A stretch of 15,765 bases of DNA from Deinococcaceae bacterium (GCA_040256005.1 JBDZWC010000070.1:1-15765), one strand, 5' to 3'; positions 7,350 to 15,674 are shown, counted from the first letter of the stretch. The notes: generated by a model not told the origin, from the letters alone. Translations and numbers: made by a program.

Positions 7350-8776
7350 CCACTCAACAGACCAAGGCGCTCGCCGCGCCCACGACGCTCTCGCAGATGC
7401 GGCCGGAGAACTCCCGCCTCCACTTCGTGGGCGTGGGGGGCATCAGCATGCAGGCGCTGGCGCTGTGGTGCCGACACGACGGGTTCGAGGTCAGCGGCTG
7501 TGACCCGGCCATCAGTGCCGCGGCGCGCGCCGACCTCGAGGCGGCCGGCGTAGCGCTGCACGACCATCACGACGCCGCCCACGCGGGCGACGCCGAGGTG
7601 GTCGTTCACAGCATGGCGGTGCCGGTAGACCATGCCGAGCTGAGCGCCGCGCGTGCCGCCGGCGCCCTCGTCGTGCGGCGCATCGAGCTGCTGGGCGAGC
7701 TGTTCCGGCGCCGCCGCGCCATCGGGGTGACGGGCTCGCACGGCAAGAGCACGACCTCGGGGATGCTGGCCACCATGCTGCTCGAGCTGGAGCCGGACTC
7801 GTCCGTCCAGATCGGCGCCCGCCTGCCCGCCCTGGGCGGCAGCCACCGCTACGGATCCGGCGCGTGGCTCGTCGCCGAGGTCGACGAGTCCGACCCCGGC
7901 TTCGCTCAGCTCGCCTGCGAGGTCGCCGTCATCACGAACCTCGAGGACGACCACGTGGCCGGCGACTTCCTCGAGCGCCGCAACTACCACGCCAGCGTCG
8001 CCGACCTCGAGGCCGCGGCCACCCGCTACGTCATGGCGGCAGCCGCGCTCGTCTACTGCGCCGACTGGCCCGACCTGGCCAGGGTCGTGGCCGGCCATCC
8101 GAACGCGGTCACCTTCGGCCTCTCGGAGCACGCCGACTTCCGGGTGACGGACCTGGAGATCAGCGAGAAGGGCAGCACCTTCACCCTGGCGAGACCCGGC
8201 GGCGGTCCCCTCGACGTCTTCCTGAACGTCCCAGGCAGGCACAACGCGCTCAACGCCGCGGCCGCCATCGCCGCCCTGTCGCAGGCCGGCCTCGACCCCG
8301 AGCCCGCGCTCCACGGCCTCGCCAGCTTCGGCGGCGTGGGACGGCGCTGGCAGGTCTGGGGCGAACGGCGGGGCGCGATGGTGGTAGACGACTACGCGGT
8401 GCACGCCACCGAGGTCAGCACGACGCTGTCCGTGGCGCGCGCCACCGGCAGGCGCGTGCGTGCCGTGCTTCAACCCCATCGCTGGGTGCGCACGGCGCGC
8501 CAGTGGCGGCAGCTCGCCGAGGCGGCCTCGGTGGCGGACGAGGTCCTGGTCCTGGACGTCTATGCCGCTGGCGAGGCCCCGATCCCCGGCATCACACCGG
8601 AGCTGATCGTTGACCGCCTGGCCGAGCTGGGCGTGAAGGCCTCGCGCCACGACCTGGCCAGCGCCACCGACTACCTGCGCGGCGACGTGAGCGCCCAGGA
8701 CCTCGTCGTCACGTTGGGCGCGGGCGACGTGTGGCGCGTGGCGTCCGGGCTGCTGGCGGAGGAGGGCGATGCCTGA
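7346..8776 (+). CDS. murC: UDP-N-acetylmuramate--L-alanine ligase MurC
   Basis: HFVGVGGISM, VSGCD, GVTGSHGKSTT, AEVDESD, ITNLEDDH, PGRHNALNA, F.GVGRR, QPHR..RT, TLGAGDV. GTGA overlap with murG; GGAG at 7337-7340. Confidence 0.95.
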   Translation: MTTQQTKALAAPTTLSQMRPENSRLHFVGVGGISMQALALWCRHDGFEVSGCDPAISAAARADLEAAGVALHDHHDAAHAGDAEVVVHSMAVPVDHAELSAARAAGALVVRRIELLGELFRRRRAIGVTGSHGKSTTSGMLATMLLELEPDSSVQIGARLPALGGSHRYGSGAWLVAEVDESDPGFAQLACEVAVITNLEDDHVAGDFLERRNYHASVADLEAAATRYVMAAAALVYCADWPDLARVVAGHPNAVTFGLSEHADFRVTDLEISEKGSTFTLARPGGGPLDVFLNVPGRHNALNAAAAIAALSQAGLDPEPALHGLASFGGVGRRWQVWGERRGAMVVDDYAVHATEVSTTLSVARATGRRVRAVLQPHRWVRTARQWRQLAEAASVADEVLVLDVYAAGEAPIPGITPELIVDRLAELGVKASRHDLASATDYLRGDVSAQDLVVTLGAGDVWRVASGLLAEEGDA

Positions 8777-9617
8777 GACGGTCGTCTCCCCTCGCGTAGT
8801 CGATCTCTCCGCCTACACGACGCTCAAGGTAGGCGGGCCGGCCGAGCTGTGGGAGGTGGAGGACACCGCTGACCTGGTGGAAGCGACGAAGGAGCCCTAC
8901 CGCGTGCTGGGCGGCGGGTCCAACCTGCTGGTCGCGGACGCGGGGGTACCAGAGCGCGTCATCAGGCTGGGACGCAGCTACAACGACGTGCGGGCCTTCG
9001 GTGAGGGCAAGCTAGACGTCTGGCTCGGGGCCGCCACGCCCCTGCCAGGGCTGGTGCGCAGGGCGCAGCGCGCCGGCCTGTCCGGGCTAGAGGGGCTGCT
9101 CGGCGTACCGGCGGTGCTGGGCGGGGCGGTCGCGATGAACGCCGGCACGCGCTTCGGCGAGATGTCGGACACGCTGCAAGAGGTCGAGGTCTTCGTGAAC
9201 GGCGCCTTGGAGCGCCTGCCCGCCTCTGCCCTGAACCTCGCTTACAGGCACGCGGAACTGCCGGAGGGCGCTGTGGTCACGCGCGCCCGCCTGCTCCTCA
9301 CCCCGTCAACGCCCGAGGCGGTCCAGAGCTACATGGACCAGGTGGACGCCGCCCGCGAGGGCCAGCCAAAGGTGAAGTCGGCGGGCTGCGCGTTCAAGAA
9401 CCCGGTCGGCGGGTCGGCCGGCCGGCTCATCGACCTGGCCGGGCTCAAGGGTACCCGGGTGGGTGACGCGATGATCGCCCATGAACACGGCAACTTCGTG
9501 CTCAACCTGGGCGCGGCGACCTCCGCAGAGGTCATGGCCCTGGTCGAGGAGGTGCGCCGGCGTCTCGAGGAGCGCGGCACCTCGCTGCAGCTCGAGTGGC
9601 GCCTGTGGGGGTTCTGA
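8769..9617 (+). CDS. murB: UDP-N-acetylenolpyruvoylglucosamine reductase MurB
   Basis: TTLKVGGPA, LGGGSNLLV, GLEG..GVP..LGGAVAMNAG, SAGCAFKNP, HGNFVLN, LQLE. GGAGGAGG upstream; 8-nt overlap with murC. Confidence 0.96.
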   Translation: MPETVVSPRVVDLSAYTTLKVGGPAELWEVEDTADLVEATKEPYRVLGGGSNLLVADAGVPERVIRLGRSYNDVRAFGEGKLDVWLGAATPLPGLVRRAQRAGLSGLEGLLGVPAVLGGAVAMNAGTRFGEMSDTLQEVEVFVNGALERLPASALNLAYRHAELPEGAVVTRARLLLTPSTPEAVQSYMDQVDAAREGQPKVKSAGCAFKNPVGGSAGRLIDLAGLKGTRVGDAMIAHEHGNFVLNLGAATSAEVMALVEEVRRRLEERGTSLQLEWRLWGF

Positions 9618-9685
9618 GCCGTGCCTCCCGCGACCGTGTCGCAGCCATGCCGGGCCGTTGACATCTCGATCGTCTGTGAGCGCTG

Positions 9686-10285
9686 ATGCGAGCCCTGCTG
9701 CTAACGCTCCTCGTCCTCGCCTGCGCCGCCGCCATCGTGAGCCGCTTCGTGCCCAAGGTGCAGCAGGTCGTCGTGTACGGGGCCGAGCGCTACACGCCCG
9801 AGGAGGTCGCGTCCATCGCCGGGGTTCACCCGGGTGACCCGCTGCTCTGGGTGACCCGCGCGTCGGTCGCGCGCCTGGCGGCCGACCCATGGGTTCACTC
9901 GGCGACGGTCCTCAGGCGCTGGCCCGACACGGTCGAGCTGAGCATCGTCGAACGGGTCCCGGTCCTGACCGACGGCGTCACCACCTGGGCGGCCGATGGT
10001 ACAGTCCTACCCGGCGTCACGGCCGACGAGTTGGGTGCGCTCCCCGTGCTCAGGGGGTGGGGAGAACCACGCCTGCACGAGGCGCTCGAGCTCGAGAGGC
10101 TCCTGAGGCAGTTCGGAGTGCAGGTGATAAGCTTCTCGCCAGAAGGATTCGAGATCCAGTTGACAGGCACAACGCTTCACACCCCGAGCGCCTCGGCACT
10201 GCGTCAGCAGTGGTCCGCGTTCGTCAACCACCGCGGCGGGAACGTCGCCGTCTACCCCTGGGGGGTCGCCACCAGAGATGAGTGA
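9686..10285 (+). CDS. ftsQ: Cell division protein FtsQ/DivIB (short, POTRA domain)
   Basis: N-terminal hydrophobic helix, then a POTRA-like segment (VVVYG...PWVHSATVLRRWPDTVELSIVER). Lies between murB and ftsA. An in-frame TGA at 9677 fixes the start. Confidence 0.88.
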   Translation: MRALLLTLLVLACAAAIVSRFVPKVQQVVVYGAERYTPEEVASIAGVHPGDPLLWVTRASVARLAADPWVHSATVLRRWPDTVELSIVERVPVLTDGVTTWAADGTVLPGVTADELGALPVLRGWGEPRLHEALELERLLRQFGVQVISFSPEGFEIQLTGTTLHTPSASALRQQWSAFVNHRGGNVAVYPWGVATRDE

Positions 10286-10306
10286 ACAGCCGGAAAGGGC
10301 CACGGC

Positions 10307-11545
10307 ATGAGCGACGAGAGGATCATCGTCGGCCTGGACATCGGCACGACCAAGATCTGCACCGTCATCGGCGAGGTGGCCAAGGACGGCGTGCTCGACA
10401 TCATCGGCGAGGGCACCGTGCCCTCCGATGGCCTCCGCAAGGGGGTCGTCGTGAACCTCGAGAAGACGATCGTGGCCGTAAGGCAGTCTGTGGGCGACGC
10501 CCAGCGCATGGCGGGCGTGGACGTCAAGTCCGCCTGGGTCGGCGTCGCCGGCAGCCACCTCAAGGCGTTGACCAGCCACGGCATGGCGGCGATCCGCCGG
10601 GGCCAGGAGGTCACGCGGTCCGACATCGAGCGGACGATCGAGAACGCCAGGGCCGTCCCGCTGGAGCAGAACATGGAGGTCCTCCACGTCATCCCGCAGG
10701 AGTACGTGGTGGACGGCAACGACGGCATCAAGGACCCCGAGGGCATGTCGGGGGTGCGGCTCGAGGTTGACGTGCACATCGTCGCCGGGGCGCAGGGCCC
10801 GCTGCAGAACCTCAGGCGCTGCGCCGTGGACGCCGGCGTGGCCGTGGACGGGCTCGTGGTCCAGTCGCTGGCCTCCGGGCTCGCCGTCCTGAACCCCGGC
10901 GAGCAGGAGCTCACCACGGTCCTCATCGACATCGGCGGCGGCACCACCGACATCGGCGTCTTCCGCCGAGGCACGCTGGCGCACTCGGCCGTGATACCCG
11001 TCGGCGGCGACCACATCACCCAGGACATCAGTCAGTTGCTGCGCATCCAATCGGACGAGGCCGAGCGCGTGAAGCGCCGCTACGGCGTCGCCCTGCCCGA
11101 GCTCGCCGACCGCGACGTGGAGCTCGAGGTCGCGAACCCGAACTACACCGCGAGCATCTCCACCTTCGAGCTCGCCCAGGTGATCAAGCCGCGGGTCGTA
11201 GAGATCCTCGACCTGGTCAAGCGCAACATCGAGCAGAAGATGGGCGCGTTGGAGCTGCTTGCCGGCAACGTCGTCATCACCGGCGGCGCCTCGCTGATGC
11301 CTGGCATAGACCAGGTCGCCAACGAGCGCTTCCGGCTGCCTGTGCGGATCGGGAAGCCGCACGGCGTGTCGGGCCTGGCCGACGTCGTCGCTAGCCCGGC
11401 GCACGCCACGGCGGTAGGGTTGGTCAGGTTCGGCATGGCTCAGAACGTCGGGACCGTCGCTGTCACGCGGCGCCCGAAGAGGGAGGGCAACCTGGGTGGC
11501 GGTTGGTTCGACAGGGTCAGGAACGTCATAAAGGACTTCTTCTAG
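10307..11545 (+). CDS. ftsA: Cell division protein FtsA
   Basis: GLDIGTTK, GLRKGVVVN, P.GMSGVRLEV, IDIGGGTT, VITGGAS, and a C-terminal amphipathic helix WFDRVRNVIKDFF. Confidence 0.97.
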   Translation: MSDERIIVGLDIGTTKICTVIGEVAKDGVLDIIGEGTVPSDGLRKGVVVNLEKTIVAVRQSVGDAQRMAGVDVKSAWVGVAGSHLKALTSHGMAAIRRGQEVTRSDIERTIENARAVPLEQNMEVLHVIPQEYVVDGNDGIKDPEGMSGVRLEVDVHIVAGAQGPLQNLRRCAVDAGVAVDGLVVQSLASGLAVLNPGEQELTTVLIDIGGGTTDIGVFRRGTLAHSAVIPVGGDHITQDISQLLRIQSDEAERVKRRYGVALPELADRDVELEVANPNYTASISTFELAQVIKPRVVEILDLVKRNIEQKMGALELLAGNVVITGGASLMPGIDQVANERFRLPVRIGKPHGVSGLADVVASPAHATAVGLVRFGMAQNVGTVAVTRRPKREGNLGGGWFDRVRNVIKDFF

Positions 11546-11577
11546 AGAGCAGGTCTGGGGAGCGTGAGGGCATGGCG

Positions 11578-12642
11578 ATGAGTCACAGCGAGAACGCCGT
11601 CATACGGGTCATAGGCCTGGGCGGCGGCGGCAACAACGCGGTCAACCGCATGATCGAGACGGGCCTGAAGGGCGTCGATTTCGTCGCCGCCAACACGGAT
11701 GCTCAGGTGCTGGCGACCAGCCTCGCCGACGAGCGCATCCAGATGGGCGACCACCTGACCAAGGGCCTGGGCGCCGGCGCCAATCCCGAGATCGGCGAGA
11801 AGGCCGCGATCGAGGACCGCGACCGCATCGCCGAGGCGCTGCGGGGCTCCGACCTCGTCTTCATCACCGCCGGCATGGGCGGTGGCACCGGGACGGGCAG
11901 CGCGCCCGTGGTGGCCGAGGTGGCCCGGGAGCTGGGCGCCCTGGCGATCGCCGTGGTGACCACGCCCTTCTCGTTCGAGGGCCCCTCGCGCATGCGCAAG
12001 GCCGAGGAAGGCCTGCGCCGCCTCGAGGACAAGGTCGATGCGCTCATCGTCGTGGAGAACCAGCGCCTGATGTCCGCCCTCGATCGCAAGGTGCGGCTCA
12101 ACGACGCCTTCCGTGTCGCCGACCGCGTGCTGTACCACGGCGTGCGCGGCATCTCGGACGTAATCAACGTGCCCGGCATGATCAACGTGGACTTCGCCGA
12201 CGTCAAGACGCTCCTCCAGGGCGCCGGCACGGTGCTCATGGGGATCGGCGCCGGCCGCGGCGAGAAGGTGGCCGAGGAGGCCGCCAACTCCGCCACGCAC
12301 AGCCCACTCCTGGCCCGCGGCGTCGAGGGCGCCCGGAACCTGCTCATCAACGTCACCGGCTCCGAGGAGCTGACGCTGGCGGACGCCACCGAGATCGTCG
12401 AGAAGATCTCGGAGGCCACCGAGATCGACGACGTGAACGTGCTCTTCGGCGTTACCTACGACGAGGACGCCGCCGACGAGGTGCGGGTCACGGTGATCGC
12501 GGCCGGCTTCGACCAGGCCCCCCAGACGCGCGTGCTCAGGCCCACCCACCTGCGCACTACCGTCACCAACCGCAACTACGACCCCGGCAACTACGACATC
12601 CCGGCCTTCCTGCGCTACAACCCCGACCTGAACGAGAACTGA
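11578..12642 (+). CDS. ftsZ: Cell division protein FtsZ
   Basis: [25 protein letters not shown], tubulin signature [17 protein letters not shown]-terminal DIPAFLR. GAGGG lies 7 nt before ATG 11578; ATG 11572 is an alternative start. Confidence 0.98.
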   Translation: MSHSENAVIRVIGLGGGGNNAVNRMIETGLKGVDFVAANTDAQVLATSLADERIQMGDHLTKGLGAGANPEIGEKAAIEDRDRIAEALRGSDLVFITAGMGGGTGTGSAPVVAEVARELGALAIAVVTTPFSFEGPSRMRKAEEGLRRLEDKVDALIVVENQRLMSALDRKVRLNDAFRVADRVLYHGVRGISDVINVPGMINVDFADVKTLLQGAGTVLMGIGAGRGEKVAEEAANSATHSPLLARGVEGARNLLINVTGSEELTLADATEIVEKISEATEIDDVNVLFGVTYDEDAADEVRVTVIAAGFDQAPQTRVLRPTHLRTTVTNRNYDPGNYDIPAFLRYNPDLNEN

Positions 12643-12671
12643 AAGAGACCCACCCCAGACACCCTGACCCG

Positions 12672-12705
12672 GGCCCGGACGCGCATCAAGCCGTCCGGGC
12701 CTTCT
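12672..12705 (+). terminator. GC-rich hairpin after ftsZ, probable intrinsic terminator or 3' stabiliser
   Basis: GGCCCGGACG (12672-12681) pairs perfectly with CGTCCGGGCC (12692-12701) around a 10-nt loop. It is followed only by a short TTCT tract. Confidence 0.6.
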
Positions 12706-12713
12706 GATAGGCT
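12705..12713 (+). promoter_or_regulatory. Extended -10 element (TG-a-TAGGCT) for the Nudix-ribF unit
   Basis: TGnTAnnnT match ending 8 nt before GTG 12722. There is no Shine-Dalgarno in between (CTCGTCTC). Confidence 0.5.
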
Positions 12714-12721
12714 CTCGTCTC

Positions 12722-13213
12722 GTGCGGGAAGTCGTCTTCAACGGTCGGATCGTGAGGCTCGAGCTGGTGGACGGCCGCTACGAGGTGGTCAGGCACGCCG
12801 ACTCGGTCGCTGTGCTCGTCACGGACGGGCGCCGCGTGCTGGGCGTGAGACAGTGGCGCGTGGCCGTCGAGCAGGAGACGTGGGAGATCCCGGCGGGCCT
12901 GGTGGACCCCGGCGAGACACCCCACGAGGCCGCCGCCCGGGAGCTGGCTGAGGAGGTGGGCCTCGCGGGCAATCTCGAGCTCGTCACCTCCTGCTACGCC
13001 TCCCCCGGCTTCACCGACGAGAGACTGTGGCTCTTCGCGGCCACGGACGTGAGCGAATACAGGCTGCCGGCGGACGACGACGAGGACCTGACGCCCGCGT
13101 GGCGCGACGCCCTCGACGTGTGGCGGGCCGTCGCCCGCGGCGAGGAGGTCAGCAGCGCCACCACCCTGTTGGCCCTCGCCCACCTGCTCGGCTCGTGGGG
13201 GGAGCTGGCCTGA
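12722..13213 (+). CDS. Nudix hydrolase, ADP-ribose pyrophosphatase-like
   Basis: Complete Nudix box GLVDPGETPHEAAARELAEEVGL, preceded by VRQWR and EIPAG and followed by SPGFTDE, as typical of the ADPRase (NudF-like) subfamily. Confidence 0.9.
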   Translation: MREVVFNGRIVRLELVDGRYEVVRHADSVAVLVTDGRRVLGVRQWRVAVEQETWEIPAGLVDPGETPHEAAARELAEEVGLAGNLELVTSCYASPGFTDERLWLFAATDVSEYRLPADDDEDLTPAWRDALDVWRAVARGEEVSSATTLLALAHLLGSWGELA

Positions 13214-13242
13214 CGTGGCCACGCGCGGGGAACCGGCCTGAC

Positions 13243-14148
13243 ATGCGCGTCTACCACGACCTGACGGAACCGAACCTCAAGGGCGTCATGCTCTGCATAG
13301 GCAACTTCGACGGGGTGCATCGCGGCCATCGCGGCCTCCTGAACCGCATGACCGACCTGGCGCACAGGCACGGCGCCCCGTCTCTCGTCGTCACCTTCTT
13401 CCCACCGGCGAAGGTCCTGTTCGGCCACGCCACCTACCTGAGCAGCGAGCGTGAGAAGCTCGACCTCATCGCCGGCTTCGATCCGACGGCCGTCGTGATG
13501 ATCCCGTTCACGAAGGAGTACGCGGCTACCGACAAGGTGATCTTCGTCGACCAGCTAAGGCGCCTGGCGCCCCACACCATCGTGGTGGGCGAGGACTTCC
13601 GCTTCGGGCACGGCAGGGCCGGCAACCTGAACGACCTCTCCCCCATCGCCACGCGGCTCGAGGTGTTCGGCCTGATCACCCACCACGGCGAGGTCGTCAA
13701 GTCGTCCCGCGTGCGCGAGCACCTGGCCCGCGGTGACGTCGGGCGCGCCAACGCGCTGCTGGGCGAGCCGTACCGCGCTACCGGAGAGGTCGTCCACGGC
13801 GAGAAGCGCGGCCGGACCATCGGCTACCCGACGGCCAACGTGGCCACCGGGCCACGCAAGGCCCTGCCACCCGGGGTCTTCGCCGTCACGGTGATGACCG
13901 AGCTGGGCGAGTTCGGCGGCATGGCGGCTGTGGGAGTGAAGCCCATGTTCCCGGACGAGCCGCCCACCCTGGAGGTCTACCTCTTCGACTTCGCTGGCGA
14001 CCTGTACGGGCAGCAGGTCACGGTCTTCTTCCATGAGTTCATGAGGGAGCAGGCCAGCTTCGCATCCCTCGACCTGCTGAAGACAGCGCTGGCCGAGGAC
14101 GAGCGCCGGTCTCGAGCCGCGCTCACCAGGATCGGGATCGCGGCCTAG
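13243..14148 (+). CDS. ribF: Bifunctional riboflavin kinase / FMN adenylyltransferase RibF
   Basis: IGNFDGVHRGH, VVGEDFRFG, SS.VR, GRTIGYPTAN, LEVYLFDF.GDLYG. Confidence 0.96.
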   Translation: MRVYHDLTEPNLKGVMLCIGNFDGVHRGHRGLLNRMTDLAHRHGAPSLVVTFFPPAKVLFGHATYLSSEREKLDLIAGFDPTAVVMIPFTKEYAATDKVIFVDQLRRLAPHTIVVGEDFRFGHGRAGNLNDLSPIATRLEVFGLITHHGEVVKSSRVREHLARGDVGRANALLGEPYRATGEVVHGEKRGRTIGYPTANVATGPRKALPPGVFAVTVMTELGEFGGMAAVGVKPMFPDEPPTLEVYLFDFAGDLYGQQVTVFFHEFMREQASFASLDLLKTALAEDERRSRAALTRIGIAA

Positions 14149-14220
14149 GCGCGGCCCGAGGGATCGCCGCTCCGCGCGGACCGAGCGAAGTGGGCGGCTA
14201 GCGCGTGACCACGCGTACAC

Positions 14221-14859
14221 TCACGCGCGCACGTAGCGCAGGAGCGTCGCCTTGTCGCCGGCGAACACGGAGTCGACCCGGAACCGGGGCAGCGGCTCGG
14301 TCAGGTTCTCGAAGAGCCGCCTGCCGCCGCCGAACAACACCGGCGCCAGGCCGATCTCCAGCTCGTCCACCGCCTCCAGGTTCAGGTACTGCTGGATGAC
14401 ATCCGCCCCGCCGGCGATGCGGACGTCCCGATCGCCCGCGGCGTCCTTGGCCGCCGCCAGCGCGCTCTCCGGGCCATCGTTCCAGAAGTGGAAGGTCGTC
14501 CCGCCTGGACGCACCCACGGTTGGCGCCGCTCGTGCGTGAGGACGTAGACCGGCGTGTTGAACGGCGCTGTCTCCGGCCAGGACACCTCGCCCTGCTCGA
14601 ACATGCGCTTGCCCATGATGTTCGCGCCGATCCGCTCCTTCGTCGTGCGTAGCATCTCGTTCTCCGGACCTGTCTCGCCGCCGGGCCCGAACTGGACCAT
14701 CTCACGGAAGTAGCGCTGCTCCATGATCCAGCCCATGAGGGCACCCCACTTGGCGCCCCAGTCCTTGTACGTGGGCGTCTCCCAGTGCTCCAGGGTCATG
14801 CCCTCGGGGGCCATGTAGCCGTCCAGGCTCAGGCCGATGTTGATGAAGACCTTGCTCAT
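14221..14859 (-). CDS. Dihydrofolate-reductase-fold (RibD C-terminal domain) protein, function unknown
   Basis: SLDGY, IMGKRMFE, VYVLTH, IAGGADVIQQYL...VDEL....APVLFGGGRRLF. GAGAGGTG precedes ATG 14859 on the minus strand; GTG 14865 is an alternative start. Confidence 0.9.
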   Translation of the reverse strand: MSKVFINIGLSLDGYMAPEGMTLEHWETPTYKDWGAKWGALMGWIMEQRYFREMVQFGPGGETGPENEMLRTTKERIGANIMGKRMFEQGEVSWPETAPFNTPVYVLTHERRQPWVRPGGTTFHFWNDGPESALAAAKDAAGDRDVRIAGGADVIQQYLNLEAVDELEIGLAPVLFGGGRRLFENLTEPLPRFRVDSVFAGDKATLLRYVRA

Positions 14860-14904
14860 GATCACCTCTCTCGCGACCTGACCTTCGGCCCTGCGCCCCG
14901 TACG

Positions 14905-14910
14905 TATACT
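14905..14910 (+). promoter_or_regulatory. -10 element TATACT for rlmB (near-leaderless)
   Basis: 5/6 match to TATAAT, 8 nt before ATG 14919, in a short divergent intergenic region, with no Shine-Dalgarno. Confidence 0.6.
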
Positions 14911-14918
14911 CCGCCTGG

Positions 14919-15674
14919 ATGTTGATCTACGGTCGCAACGCTGTCCTGGAGGCGCTCAAGCAGGGGCAGGTCTCGCGGGTGATGGCCGCCAGGGGCGTGC
15001 ATCCCAAGCTCCTGAGCGAGCTCAAGCGCGAGGCGGCTCGCGCCGGCGCGGACCTCGAGGAGGTCCCCAGGATCCAGCTCGACCAGGCGCTCAAGACCAC
15101 GCAGCATCAGGGCGTCGCAGCCGAGCTGCCTGACGTCGTCACGGCGGGGCTGGACGACGCGCTCGAGCTGGCTAGACAGCGCGGAGAGCGGGTGCTGCTC
15201 GTGCTGCTCGACCACCTCACCGACCCCCGGAACGTGGGCGCCATCGTCCGCAGCGCCGAGGCGTTGGGCGCGCACGGGGTCGTCATGGAGGCCAGGCGGT
15301 CCGCGCCGCTCTCGGCCGTCGTCGTCAAGGCGTCCGCCGGCGCCACCAGCCTCTTGCCCATCGTCGTCGTGACGAACCTCGCCCGGACCATCGACGAGCT
15401 CAAGGAACGGGGTGTATGGGTCTACGGCGCAGCGCCCGGCGGCGCGGGAGCGGTGCCCCCCGAGTCGGTCGACTGGGACCGCGACGCTGCCATCGTGATC
15501 GGCTCCGAGGGCTCCGGCATGCGCAGGCTCGTGACCGAGCGCTGCGACGAGCTCGTTACCATCCCGATGACGGGGCGCATCGGGTCGCTCAACGCCTCCG
15601 TCGCGGCCGGGATCCTGCTCTACGCCGTGGCCAAGGCCCGCAACGCGATGACCGCCGCCGACAGGGAGGCTTGA
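14919..15674 (+). CDS. rlmB: 23S rRNA (guanosine2251-2'-O)-methyltransferase RlmB (SpoU/TrmH family)
   Basis: IYGRNAVLEAL, HQGV, DPRNVGAIVRSA, VVKASAGA, IGSEGSG, IPM.G...SLNASVA. Confidence 0.92.
   Translation: MLIYGRNAVLEALKQGQVSRVMAARGVHPKLLSELKREAARAGADLEEVPRIQLDQALKTTQHQGVAAELPDVVTAGLDDALELARQRGERVLLVLLDHLTDPRNVGAIVRSAEALGAHGVVMEARRSAPLSAVVVKASAGATSLLPIVVVTNLARTIDELKERGVWVYGAAPGGAGAVPPESVDWDRDAAIVIGSEGSGMRRLVTERCDELVTIPMTGRIGSLNASVAAGILLYAVAKARNAMTAADREA

Noticed and set aside
1..14220. Long alternative-frame and antisense ORFs (e.g. 1..1407 +, 26..1438 -, 6998..8650 -, 10007..11404 -, 11542..12741 -)
   Set aside because: They overlap well-supported genes, have no recognisable motifs, and are the shadow ORFs expected when high GC makes stop codons scarce.
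14149..14220. Bidirectional terminator or small RNA between the convergent ribF and RibD_C genes
   Set aside because: Only short GC stems (CGCTC/GAGCG, CGCGT/ACGCG) are present, with no T or A tracts. This is expected by chance at this GC content.
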